IMG/VR virus record: IMGVR_UViG_3300012920_000022
Coordinates: 71,756 to 135,755 of that record
Source of the DNA: a virus
DNA length: 64,000 nt
Direction: 5' to 3' (one strand)
The translations under genes and the position numbers were made by a program. This document shows positions 38,938-48,673 of this stretch, piece by piece. Numbering within the stretch: the stretch's first letter is position 1; each line of letters opens with the position of its first letter. Under the pieces are notes generated by a model. That model had not been told where the DNA came from and did not search any database. It saw only the letters and a list, made by a program, of their open reading frames with translations.

Positions 38938-39495
38938 TTAGATAAATTCTTTATCATTTTTAGGATATAGATGTATTAGCATGCTTTGTTCAAATTTATA
39001 TAAATTCTTTACCATCATGTGGGATTTTATATTATGCTCAATCAAATTATCATAATAGTCCACAAAATAGGTATAATATACTACCATAGTATCATCGCTG
39101 TCATTGCCCATCAAAAATTCCTCGAATGAATATAGTGCAAATCTATACCTGGAAATCTCAATTTCATTCGTAGGAATTTCATATTTTTGATAAATATTAC
39201 CATCAATGCTAAGGTAGTGTCCTATATTATCCATACCCAAACTAACCACATGGCAATTTTTGATAAATCTGAGATATGATAAAACCAACTCCATATCCAG
39301 AATATTTTTATTAATTGAATCATGATTTGATAGAAGCTTTAAATGATCTTTGGGTACTTTCTTAGCCTCACTTTGACTATAAATACCAATTAATATGTCA
39401 TCATCAAAAGCACCATTACCATCAATAACCAAATATTTATTACCATCAAATTCAACTATATCACCTATGTTATAATCCATAATTTTACCAAGCAT
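38938..39495 (-). CDS. Hypothetical protein
   Basis: 185-aa ORF, YNIGDIVEFDG N-terminal motif. Confidence 0.6.
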   Translation of the reverse strand: MLGKIMDYNIGDIVEFDGNKYLVIDGNGAFDDDILIGIYSQSEAKKVPKDHLKLLSNHDSINKNILDMELVLSYLRFIKNCHVVSLGMDNIGHYLSIDGNIYQKYEIPTNEIEISRYRFALYSFEEFLMGNDSDDTMVVYYTYFVDYYDNLIEHNIKSHMMVKNLYKFEQSMLIHLYPKNDKEFI

Positions 39496-39730
39496 TATAT
39501 TGTAATTCTGTAACTTCTTGAAATCCTGTTATTGATAAGCTATGGGTAACAATATTTTTAATTTTTTCAACTAAATGATTGTTGATTTCTAATATAACTT
39601 CTTCCTCTGATATAAACTGTTCATCACCCAATGGGACTTTAAAACTACTTTTAGTTGTCATTTTGTTTGTTTTAAATGATTCCTCATTTATCCCATACAC
39701 ACATTCATAAAAAAATATATAGTATGTCAT
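39485..39730 (-). CDS. Hypothetical protein
   Basis: 81-aa ORF. Confidence 0.55.
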   Translation of the reverse strand: MTYYIFFYECVYGINEESFKTNKMTTKSSFKVPLGDEQFISEEEVILEINNHLVEKIKNIVTHSLSITGFQEVTELQYNAW

Positions 39731-39733
39731 AAT

Positions 39734-40237
39734 TTAATGATTAATTTTCCTCCAATACATAGCAGTAAATCCAGATAACAGATGATAGTCACTATTTAAA
39801 TTTATGTTTATTATATTATATTCCCCATCACTGTGATATCCCACATAACTATTTTCCATATCAGATAGTATGATTATCTGATCATTTGGTGGGTGTGCAG
39901 ATATATGATTCCAGGATATATTCATTTTCCTAGTGATGAAATCGTCTATGAGATCATTAAAATTCTCATAAACAATATCATTTACATCAATAAAATTTTT
40001 AAAATTGTCTATGTCTATAAGATGTTTATTATCCATAGCACAAATAGGTTTGTAGAACAAAAAATCTTCACCATATTTTTTCATTCTATACAATATGCCA
40101 TTTGGCGTATATGCATTACTAACGCCAAATTTTTCACATCCACAGAATCTACATTCATGAGTGCCATTATCAGTAAGATTCCATGAATGATTATTATTGA
40201 TTATTTTACTCATAATTTTTAACTTATGTGTTTCCAA
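39734..40237 (-). CDS. Cys/His zinc-ribbon-like protein (paralog pair)
   Basis: NNHSW...CRFCGC...PIC shared with 40219. Confidence 0.65.
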   Translation of the reverse strand: METHKLKIMSKIINNNHSWNLTDNGTHECRFCGCEKFGVSNAYTPNGILYRMKKYGEDFLFYKPICAMDNKHLIDIDNFKNFIDVNDIVYENFNDLIDDFITRKMNISWNHISAHPPNDQIIILSDMENSYVGYHSDGEYNIININLNSDYHLLSGFTAMYWRKINH

Positions 40238-40704
40238 TAATATGGGATAGCAATATCATGACTATCATTCAATGAATCATCCATAACATTGTTATCTAAT
40301 AATCTCCAATATTGGTTACTATTTTTATATCCTACTACACATGATGTTAAATCGGTGATTATGATTAATTTATTAATTGGCATATTTTCATCTATATAGT
40401 TCCAGCCTTGGAGCTGTTTTCTAATAATGAAATCATTAAACGCATCTGGGTGACCTATCTTATTGAGTTTCAAAAAATTTCTAAAGCTATCAAAACTCTC
40501 CAAAATCTTTGAGCCTAACTTACATATGGGTTCCATCATAAGATATTTACTGGATATATTAACATCTCTATACATTGTTGGTATGTGTGACATACTAAAG
40601 TGATGTCTGCTGCACCCACAAAAACTACACTTATCGTAGTTATTATAAGGTTCATTTTTGATATTAATCCATTTATGATTATTTGTAATTATTTTATCCA
40701 TCAA
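40219..40704 (-). CDS. Cys/His zinc-ribbon-like protein (paralog pair)
   Basis: NNHKW...CSFCGC...PIC. Confidence 0.65.
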   Translation of the reverse strand: MMDKIITNNHKWINIKNEPYNNYDKCSFCGCSRHHFSMSHIPTMYRDVNISSKYLMMEPICKLGSKILESFDSFRNFLKLNKIGHPDAFNDFIIRKQLQGWNYIDENMPINKLIIITDLTSCVVGYKNSNQYWRLLDNNVMDDSLNDSHDIAIPYYWKHIS

Positions 40705-41531
40705 AATACATTGAGATTATTTTTAAATTTATTTTCAGTATATGGTATATATAAACCCTTATTTATGGGATCACAATGTTTAAAAAATATGTCACGATTC
40801 TTTTCAAATCCTATAAAATTTCTACCAGTTTCTATACAAGCCTTAGCCGTAGATCCAGAACCCATACACGGATCTAATATTACACTGTTTTTATCTGAGT
40901 ATGTTTCTATTATATGTCTCATTAATGATGTGGGTTTAAGTGTGGCAAAAAAAGGGGATGGTATGGGGCTAAAATCCAATACAGAATTTACTAATATTTC
41001 TAATTCATAGTCATTATAGTCACTCACTATAATGGATTTAGGGTATTTTAAATTGCTTTTATTGGTATCTAAACTTTTGAATTTACCATAGTTATTATTA
41101 GTTATGTTTTTATGTTTGTGGGCATTACCTTTTGAATGGGAGGGTTTACCAGTAGTAAATTGGGGGTTATAGATAGGCAGTTTTTTATAATATATTGTTA
41201 TTTCTTCATGATTAACCAAAGGAATCCTGTTAGAATTTAAAAATCCTGTTGTTTTTTCACCTTTCTTCCATATATTAGTATATCTATAGTATTTTTTATT
41301 GGACATCATTAATTCGGCAGTAAATATGCCCTGGGATGTTAATATAATGGGAGTGTTTGATTTAGATACTCTGAATATATTATTCCAAAATTTATCTAAA
41401 TCAATTTTAATATCCCATTCATTTTTACTATGACCATATGGTAAATCGGCAAATACCATATCCACAAAACCATCCGGTATATTATCAAAACCATCAAACA
41501 TATCTATATGTTGTATTTGATTTAGCATCAT
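40701..41531 (-). CDS. Beta-class N4-C/N6-A DNA methyltransferase
   Basis: Motif IV DLPY precedes motif I ILDPCMGSGST; IWKK, GRNFIGFE. Confidence 0.9.
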   Translation of the reverse strand: MMLNQIQHIDMFDGFDNIPDGFVDMVFADLPYGHSKNEWDIKIDLDKFWNNIFRVSKSNTPIILTSQGIFTAELMMSNKKYYRYTNIWKKGEKTTGFLNSNRIPLVNHEEITIYYKKLPIYNPQFTTGKPSHSKGNAHKHKNITNNNYGKFKSLDTNKSNLKYPKSIIVSDYNDYELEILVNSVLDFSPIPSPFFATLKPTSLMRHIIETYSDKNSVILDPCMGSGSTAKACIETGRNFIGFEKNRDIFFKHCDPINKGLYIPYTENKFKNNLNVF

Positions 41532-41752
41532 ATCATATAACTATCATAGTCTTCAATCCAATCACCAAACATCAATCTATTTATGGATTTCATGTCGTCT
41601 TCTGTGGTTTTTCTATTGATATTTTTATTATTGAGTTTACCTTTTATAAACATGGCACCACATTTAGTGCATTTCAATAATTGGAAGTTATTTTTACCAT
41701 CTATAGAACTGTATTCTAATGTGTGTTTTTTCTTATGGAATATATGGATCAT
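41528..41752 (-). CDS. Small CxxC protein (paralog pair)
   Basis: MIHIFHKKKH...CTKCG.FIKGK. Confidence 0.7.
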   Translation of the reverse strand: MIHIFHKKKHTLEYSSIDGKNNFQLLKCTKCGAMFIKGKLNNKNINRKTTEDDMKSINRLMFGDWIEDYDSYMI

Positions 41753-42018
41753 GATATTTTATATGATTTTAATCTATTAACCATATCAGCATTGATTGAT
41801 AACAACATAGGATTAGCATCATTGGGTATACACTGAATTGTATTCAATATAATATCTATGTCATCATCAGATGCTTTTCTATTAACAGATTTTTTACCAA
41901 TTTTTCCTTTTACAAACAATTTGCCACATTCTTTACATTCTTTTAATGCAAAATCATGGTCGCCATCATCGGATTTATATTGTAAGCAATGTTTTTTCTT
42001 ATGGAATATATGAATCAT
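41749..42018 (-). CDS. Small CxxC protein (paralog pair)
   Basis: MIHIFHKKKH...CKECG.FVKGK. Confidence 0.7.
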   Translation of the reverse strand: MIHIFHKKKHCLQYKSDDGDHDFALKECKECGKLFVKGKIGKKSVNRKASDDDIDIILNTIQCIPNDANPMLLSINADMVNRLKSYKIS

Positions 42019-42446
42019 TTTTTCTTATGTTTATCTTTTTTGGTTAAATCTTTTTTTATTTTTTTTAAATCAGATATCAATATATCAGGTACAAATCTTA
42101 TCATGAAATTAATATCACTATCATTCAACTGGTTTAATTTCATATACACATTTAAATGATCTTTATCAATTTTGGTATTGTTTGCTTTATCAGTTTTAGT
42201 AAATATCCACCTGGGTGGTGAACCACGATGCTTAGATAGTAAAAATCTATGCATATAATCCATAGCATAAACTGGATTAATCTTTATTACAGTGAGGTTG
42301 GATGCAAATACCGGATATGCTATGGATATGGTTCTTAATGACATAAAATAATACTTCTTTTTATCTGCATCTAATAAGGTATCCCATTTATCTTTACTCC
42401 CAAACAGATACAACTTTATAAAATCAAATAATGATATTTTATTCAT
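42015..42446 (-). CDS. Possible clamp-loader small subunit (gp62-like)
   Basis: Size, LFDFI and YYFMSLRTIS segments, and position near the clamp loader; weak similarity. Confidence 0.45.
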   Translation of the reverse strand: MNKISLFDFIKLYLFGSKDKWDTLLDADKKKYYFMSLRTISIAYPVFASNLTVIKINPVYAMDYMHRFLLSKHRGSPPRWIFTKTDKANNTKIDKDHLNVYMKLNQLNDSDINFMIRFVPDILISDLKKIKKDLTKKDKHKKK

Positions 42447-42448
42447 AA

Positions 42449-43480
42449 TTAAAACACATCTTCTTTAGTAGAACTACCAATATTAATAAAATGTTTTAAA
42501 TATTTCTTATCTGGTATTTTATGGGGTTTCCATCCAGAAATACATTTTATTAAATCGTTCAAAACATAGTTTGGATATGATTCTTTACGAAGCAATATAG
42601 CTTTCATATTTAATTTGATATTTTCTTCTATTTTGATGGTGTCTTTAGAATGGCTATCTTTACCATTACACGAAGCAAACACATACTTGGCTATCTTAGC
42701 AGGATCACTTAATGATAATTTGTCCATAGACTCATTAAGCATATTGGTAGCTCTTGATTTCGTATAGCTAATATTTTTAGCCCCCCTATAATAACAGCTT
42801 GGTATGTTATCTGTTTTATCTCCGGACAGTATCTTTACCATAATATCCAATTTTGGATCAATTAATTTGACTATTGAATTAATTGAATTAATTATGGCTG
42901 TTTCTCTCATATCAAGATTAAAAAAATCATCCACATTGGTGGATCTGGGTAATTTTTTATCAGATACAAATTCACCATCAGATTTCATCACTACACACCA
43001 TGAACTATTATCAACCCTTATTAATTGATGGAGATCACTATCATTACTAATAATGATTGAATTTCTACCATTTTGCCTATCGCTATCAGTGAGACCAAAT
43101 ATTATATCATCAGCCTCCAATTTATCAGCACTTAAAGTCTGAAACCCAAGTTCATTTAGTCTGTTTATGAATCTATTTATACAATCTATTAATATATTTT
43201 GATCAAATGGTTTGTCTTTATGTTTTCTATTACCCTTATAATCTATATCCAGGCTATGTCTCCAAGAATCACCTTGATCAGTTATAAAAGTAATGGTGGA
43301 TGATTTAGATATGACCGGATGATTTAGATAATGTATAAATCCTGAATAAAATCCTTTCATCAATTCATCAATATCATTTTGATTAGTTAAGTATTTTTCA
43401 GGTCTGTCTTTATATTTATATGAAAACTTATATGCAAACCTGTAAAACATTAAATTGCCATCTATATATGTGTTTACCAT
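42449..43480 (-). CDS. rnh: 5'-3' exonuclease / T4 RNase H (FEN family)
   Basis: IDGN, SWR...YKGNR, EADD, SNDSDL, GDKTDNIP. Confidence 0.92.
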   Translation of the reverse strand: MVNTYIDGNLMFYRFAYKFSYKYKDRPEKYLTNQNDIDELMKGFYSGFIHYLNHPVISKSSTITFITDQGDSWRHSLDIDYKGNRKHKDKPFDQNILIDCINRFINRLNELGFQTLSADKLEADDIIFGLTDSDRQNGRNSIIISNDSDLHQLIRVDNSSWCVVMKSDGEFVSDKKLPRSTNVDDFFNLDMRETAIINSINSIVKLIDPKLDIMVKILSGDKTDNIPSCYYRGAKNISYTKSRATNMLNESMDKLSLSDPAKIAKYVFASCNGKDSHSKDTIKIEENIKLNMKAILLRKESYPNYVLNDLIKCISGWKPHKIPDKKYLKHFINIGSSTKEDVF

Positions 43481-43482
43481 GA

Positions 43483-44433
43483 TTATTTTTTTGTAATTAG
43501 CATATTTAATTTAAATATGCAAGATTTAAGGTGAAGAATTGGGTCAATAGAATTCTCAATCTGGGTTAAGCAATTTGATAGAATTACGTTGATATTTCCA
43601 ATTTTATCACCCAAACTTGGTTTATTCTCCATTATCCAATCTATGAAACTAGTGTGAAGAGATTTTATGATCATCTCTTCACAACCAGCATATTTCATCA
43701 ATTTAGTATGAATACTAAATTGATCTGATGTTGACTTGATTATTAGTCCATATATATCCATGTATTCATGTAAGCTACTATCAACATCTTTTGAGGTAAC
43801 TTCTTTAACACCGGATCTATATATACCTTCTATGGCATTATATGCAGATCTATAGTTTGGAAATAACCTATATATTTTCCCAACTGAATCATCATCAAAT
43901 GACATTTTCAATAATTTTATGATATCATCCATTCTTTTATTAAATTTGGATGACATTTCATCACGTTCATCACCCATTTGTGGAGTAAAGTCTATCTTAG
44001 TGAATCTAGACATTACATATTTATCAATCTTAGATGGATGATTAGTAGTTGCTAAATAGTACACATTAGAAAATTGATCCATGAATGATTTCATGGCATC
44101 TTGGAATTTATCAGATGACCTATCTAATTCTTCTAAGTATACTATTTTAGGATTATTGTTATCCTTAAATGATATGGAATTGTTTTCACAAAATGGTTGT
44201 ATAACTTCCCTAAGATAATCTATATTACCATCAGACGACGCATTAATGTATTTATAATTGTAGTCTTTCAATAATATCTTTGCGGTTGCACTTTTACCCA
44301 CTCCAGGTGAATCAGAATAAAACATCAAATTACAATTAATACCATCAGATATTAAATTTTTTATTCTTTTGGGTAATATTAATTGAGAAATATCCTTTGG
44401 AGCTAATTTTTTTGTTATAGGTTCTTTTAGCAT
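43483..44433 (-). CDS. gp44: Clamp loader AAA+ subunit (T4 gp44/RFC-like)
   Basis: SPGVGKS, INAS, VYLEELDR, TTNH, SRF. Confidence 0.9.
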   Translation of the reverse strand: MLKEPITKKLAPKDISQLILPKRIKNLISDGINCNLMFYSDSPGVGKSATAKILLKDYNYKYINASSDGNIDYLREVIQPFCENNSISFKDNNNPKIVYLEELDRSSDKFQDAMKSFMDQFSNVYYLATTNHPSKIDKYVMSRFTKIDFTPQMGDERDEMSSKFNKRMDDIIKLLKMSFDDDSVGKIYRLFPNYRSAYNAIEGIYRSGVKEVTSKDVDSSLHEYMDIYGLIIKSTSDQFSIHTKLMKYAGCEEMIIKSLHTSFIDWIMENKPSLGDKIGNINVILSNCLTQIENSIDPILHLKSCIFKLNMLITKK

Positions 44434-45048
44434 TTATTTGTAAGTTAACTGATTAAAACCATTTTGATCAGATTCTACTGGTGACTGATTGGAAAAGTTT
44501 ATGAGATCTACTATCACAGATTTGGTATAGAGCCATTTATTTTTAGCATATTCTGGTGACCAAAATTCATCTCTGGGAGCAGTTTTATCCATCATAAACG
44601 ACATTTCATATTGGGCTAAATTCTTATCCATCTGTTTCACCAATTGGGACATATCATGGGGGAAGTTGAATCTTTGACCTAACATAAACATTATTTGGTT
44701 TTCTATCTTATCTACTTGATCTCTAACCAAATTTTTCAACGGTCTTGTCATATCACCTATAAATGCTTCAGAAGCGTCATGATATAAAAACTGGTAAGCA
44801 TCATAGATGTGACCCATTAACATCAATGATTCTGCACCTTTTACACAGTGTTGGGCTATAGAATAAAAATAGCCAGTGTTACCCACATATCTACACTGAT
44901 TGGATAATGATGATGCAATCAATTCATCATTTATCCAATCATAATTTTCAAAATCGAGTATGTTGTATACAACATTATTTTGTCCAATAGTATCGCCAAC
45001 TTTGTTAGCGTCATTGTTTATGGATTGTAATCCTATTAATCTTTTCAT
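44434..45048 (-). CDS. HD-domain nucleotide phosphohydrolase (YfbR/YfdR-like)
   Basis: YSIAQHCV, LYHDASEAFIGDMTRPLK; start moved to the ATG at 45048 to avoid overlap with the protease gene. Confidence 0.85.
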   Translation of the reverse strand: MKRLIGLQSINNDANKVGDTIGQNNVVYNILDFENYDWINDELIASSLSNQCRYVGNTGYFYSIAQHCVKGAESLMLMGHIYDAYQFLYHDASEAFIGDMTRPLKNLVRDQVDKIENQIMFMLGQRFNFPHDMSQLVKQMDKNLAQYEMSFMMDKTAPRDEFWSPEYAKNKWLYTKSVIVDLINFSNQSPVESDQNGFNQLTYK

Positions 45049-45135
45049 AAATGATGTTTTATATTGATGATGTTTTATATAATAACATATACCCATAATC
45101 TTGGTTACTAATAAATAAATAAATATAAAACTCAT

Positions 45136-46872
45136 ATGGCGCATAAAAATAAAACTCATATTTTTATATATGAGGAAATGGATATAATGTTAAGTCAGTC
45201 AGATAAGGAAAATGTATACACTGGTATATGTGCAGACTTTAATGGAAGGAATGAAAATAACAGATTATATGACAAAGATGACTATTTAAAACATTTGCCA
45301 TATTTAAATGAGTTAATTAAAGATAATAAACTATATGGGGAAATAGATCACCCACATCGATATGAGGTGGATGAGGATAAGATAAGTCACCAAATAATAG
45401 CCCTATGGTATGATGAAGAGGCTAATCAAGTAATGATAGCCATAAAATTACTTGATACTGATGAAGGAAAAAGAGCCAAAGCGAAAGCTCTGGAAAATGG
45501 TAATCAGATAAATATAAGTTCCAGAGCATCCGGATACATGGATGAAGAATTAAACGTAGAATTGGAACGCATTTACACATATGACATAGTAGACGTACCA
45601 GGATTTAAAAATGCTACACTCAAACCATTGAATGAGAATAGAAACAATGGGAACAACTCGTCGATATATTTATTAGTTATAAATGAAAATAAAATTGTGC
45701 ACAATATGGATGACAATAATAAATCCACCAACATAGATGATTTAATTAACGAAAATAGATTGCTTAGATCTACTGTAAATAGCTTGCTTGAAAAAGCAAA
45801 TGAATCAGATAGGAAGTTGAATGCAGTGGTAGCATATTTATCTATGATCAATGAAGATTCAAATCATCATAAAAATTACACTAACAGTATTGCCAAATAC
45901 GTGAATAAACTCACTGATCACGTTGATAAAAATTCTGAGTTTACCAACAAACTTGCAGATCACGTTGATGAAAGCAATAGGTATGTGAATAAACTCACTG
46001 ATCACGTTGATAAAAATTCTGAGTTTACCAACAAACTTGCAGATTATGCAGATTACCTTGGGATTAATCTCAATAAATCTATGAGTTTCATTAATGAAAA
46101 TTCTGAGTTTACCAACAAACTTGCAGATTATGCAGATTACCTTGGGATTAATCTCAATAAATCCATAAACGTAATGGATGAAAATTCTGATTTTACCAAC
46201 AAACTTGCAGATTATTCAAATTATATGAATGAAAATTTGAATAATGTTATATCAAAATTGGATGAAAATTCTGATTTTACCAACAAACTTGCAGATGCTT
46301 ATGATAATACTGCTGATTTCATAAACAATAAAGTGGGTGCTGGTAAAATTAAACCGAAAAAGAAAAAGACCGAAAAAGAAAAATCAATGGAGTTGGTTGA
46401 AAAAGTGAAAAGTAGACAAAATGACAAACAACTCCAAATATTAGTATCCAAATATCCCTTCGTAAAAAGTTTAAATGAATCATATTTAACAAAATTCAAA
46501 TTACTAAATTCCAATAAAAAACGAATTATATCTGATTTTATCAATGAAAACAATGATGTTACAGTATCATCATTAATGGGTAAAATTGATGAAATAAATA
46601 ATGTAACTACATTAGAAGAACAATTTGAATCCAGGATACCCCAATACATATTTCCAATATGGGAATCATTATCTACAACCGATAAACATAATATAGTATC
46701 CCAATATAATAGCAGAAAGATTGAAAGTAATGAAGACAATAAAAGATTTTGGGAGTCTATAGATTTGAGGAAGTATAAAAATAGTAAAATCGTTAATGAG
46801 AACCATGGTGGTGGTGAATATAATATGTCGGGATATAGCATGGATGATGTAGACAAATTGCTGAAATTTTAA
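45136..46872 (+). CDS. gp21: Prohead protease (gp21-like) fused to a coiled-coil scaffold region
   Basis: NENNRLY, LYGEIDHP, ISH, ISSRASG, TYDIVDVPGF; long repetitive helical C-terminal region; directly upstream of the capsid gene. Confidence 0.88.
   Translation: MAHKNKTHIFIYEEMDIMLSQSDKENVYTGICADFNGRNENNRLYDKDDYLKHLPYLNELIKDNKLYGEIDHPHRYEVDEDKISHQIIALWYDEEANQVMIAIKLLDTDEGKRAKAKALENGNQINISSRASGYMDEELNVELERIYTYDIVDVPGFKNATLKPLNENRNNGNNSSIYLLVINENKIVHNMDDNNKSTNIDDLINENRLLRSTVNSLLEKANESDRKLNAVVAYLSMINEDSNHHKNYTNSIAKYVNKLTDHVDKNSEFTNKLADHVDESNRYVNKLTDHVDKNSEFTNKLADYADYLGINLNKSMSFINENSEFTNKLADYADYLGINLNKSINVMDENSDFTNKLADYSNYMNENLNNVISKLDENSDFTNKLADAYDNTADFINNKVGAGKIKPKKKKTEKEKSMELVEKVKSRQNDKQLQILVSKYPFVKSLNESYLTKFKLLNSNKKRIISDFINENNDVTVSSLMGKIDEINNVTTLEEQFESRIPQYIFPIWESLSTTDKHNIVSQYNSRKIESNEDNKRFWESIDLRKYKNSKIVNENHGGGEYNMSGYSMDDVDKLLKF
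45901..46296 (+). repeat. Coding tandem repeats in the scaffold region
   Basis: AAAATTCTGA(G/T)TTTACCAACAAACTTGCAGAT recurs five times at an 84-nt period (NSE/DFTNKLAD). Confidence 0.85.
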
Positions 46873-46884
46873 TGAACAAAAACA

Positions 46885-48618
46885 ATGAGTAGAGAAAATT
46901 TAATAAAACAACGCATATATGATTCCTGGATTCCAAGAATCAAAAAAAGAATTAAAGCTGGTGAAAAATCCGGTAAAATATTCAATAATATATCAGAAGC
47001 TAAACTGAAGAAAATAGCAGAAATGGCTGATGTTAGATTCAGATCATTACAAAGACCCAAATTGATTACTGAAAGTACAGCAACATTAGATGGAACTCCT
47101 GGTAGACCAAACTTTGATTTTGGTAACAACCCAATGCAGGGCTTACAGGATTTCTATACCACAAAAGGCTCCGCAGAAGTTTATCAAAGTTTGTTTGGTG
47201 TATTTGTAGAAGCTGCTGCTACAACGGTGATATTTGATCTATTACCCATGTTGGTGCAAACTAAATCATCTGGTAGTATATATATAGCAGAACCTATTTA
47301 TTCCAATGGTAGATTGGAAAGTACTGAAAATAGGGTTGATGTTGTTCAAGTCAAAACAAGTCAAACAGGTAATCCTGCTGCTCTGGTAGTCGGTAACACA
47401 TACACATTAAAAACTGCTGCTACTGGTGGTGAGGATATAGCAGATGTAATCTATGTGGGGAAACACCGGGTTAGTGGTCATCCAGTGTTTAGAATAGAAA
47501 CTAATGGTAATGATAACTCCGGTGGTGGAGGTACAGACTGGACTAGCGCGCTTATTAAAGATTGGTTTGATGGAACATCCGGTATATATGATGATGCATC
47601 AAATTACTATTCATTTGATGCAGATAGTGTTGATTATGTAGAGGGATTCCTAAATAACATCATGGGATTCTCAGGTGCAGGTTTAAATAATGATAAACCT
47701 TGGTACATAGGTAGAAATGATGGTAAAACATATAATGAACATATGTCAAGGGATACTGGTAGAAGAACTGAGTATAGATCGTCTGCTATAAGAACTTGGC
47801 ACCGTAATTTTTCTCCTGGAACTGTTCATTTAGATATGGAATTCCTAACAGAGGATATTCAAGATGCAATGATGGATCATTCATTTGATCTAATCGCATT
47901 TGGTGATCAAATACTTGCAGATCAATTGAGCCAGCAAATGAATGACCACGGTCTTGCCAGAATGTTTGCCAATGGATGGTCACACCATCACGCACTACAT
48001 ACTGGTAGTGATGGATCATTTAACTTAAATTTCGTGTTGGATGAAAGTAGCAATACTGGTAGTAGTTTGGATTATCTTGGTAAGGAAGATACATTGTTAA
48101 ATATTAGTGGTGCTGCGGGTGTTTTACCAGCAAGTGGTGCAATATCAGAAAATCTATCAACTCTACAAAGAAGGCTTGTAACCAGAATAGGGTATGCTAG
48201 TAGTGTAATACACACTAGAGCCAGAAAAGGTAAAGGTGACCAAGTGGTAATGAACACCAAATTTGGTAATGCAGTAGAGGATATAAGAGGATTCGTTCCC
48301 GTTCCCTTCGATAATGATTTAAATGATGGGAATTTGGCATACATAGGCACATTTAAAGGCATGAGAGCTTATGTAGATCCATTAATGGATCTGAATGATG
48401 ACAGAATCAATGTTAGCAGACATGGTGGTGAAAAAGATCCTGGGATCAAATTTGCCCCATATATCTTGGCGGAAAAAATCAGTACCACGGCTGAGGGTAC
48501 CATGGCTGAAAAAACAGCCTTGAAATCAAGGTATTCTGTTGTAGAAGCTGGTAGTAATCCAGAACTCAATTATTTGACTTTTGTAGTAGAAGAAGCAGAT
48601 GGTTACGGATTAGTTTAA
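46885..48618 (+). CDS. gp23: Major capsid protein, T4 gp23-like
   Basis: Follows the protease; C-terminal YIGTF.GMRAYVDP, PGIKFAPYI, LKSRYSVV motifs typical of the gp23 family. Confidence 0.88.
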   Translation: MSRENLIKQRIYDSWIPRIKKRIKAGEKSGKIFNNISEAKLKKIAEMADVRFRSLQRPKLITESTATLDGTPGRPNFDFGNNPMQGLQDFYTTKGSAEVYQSLFGVFVEAAATTVIFDLLPMLVQTKSSGSIYIAEPIYSNGRLESTENRVDVVQVKTSQTGNPAALVVGNTYTLKTAATGGEDIADVIYVGKHRVSGHPVFRIETNGNDNSGGGGTDWTSALIKDWFDGTSGIYDDASNYYSFDADSVDYVEGFLNNIMGFSGAGLNNDKPWYIGRNDGKTYNEHMSRDTGRRTEYRSSAIRTWHRNFSPGTVHLDMEFLTEDIQDAMMDHSFDLIAFGDQILADQLSQQMNDHGLARMFANGWSHHHALHTGSDGSFNLNFVLDESSNTGSSLDYLGKEDTLLNISGAAGVLPASGAISENLSTLQRRLVTRIGYASSVIHTRARKGKGDQVVMNTKFGNAVEDIRGFVPVPFDNDLNDGNLAYIGTFKGMRAYVDPLMDLNDDRINVSRHGGEKDPGIKFAPYILAEKISTTAEGTMAEKTALKSRYSVVEAGSNPELNYLTFVVEEADGYGLV

Positions 48619-48651
48619 TGCTAATTGCTCATGTATAGCAGGGTCGAAAAC

Positions 48652-48673
48652 GGTGGGTAAAAACTTACCCACC
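48652..48673. terminator. Hairpin between convergent genes
   Basis: GGTGGGTAA-aaac-TTACCCACC; right arm is the end of the convergent ORF. Confidence 0.7.
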
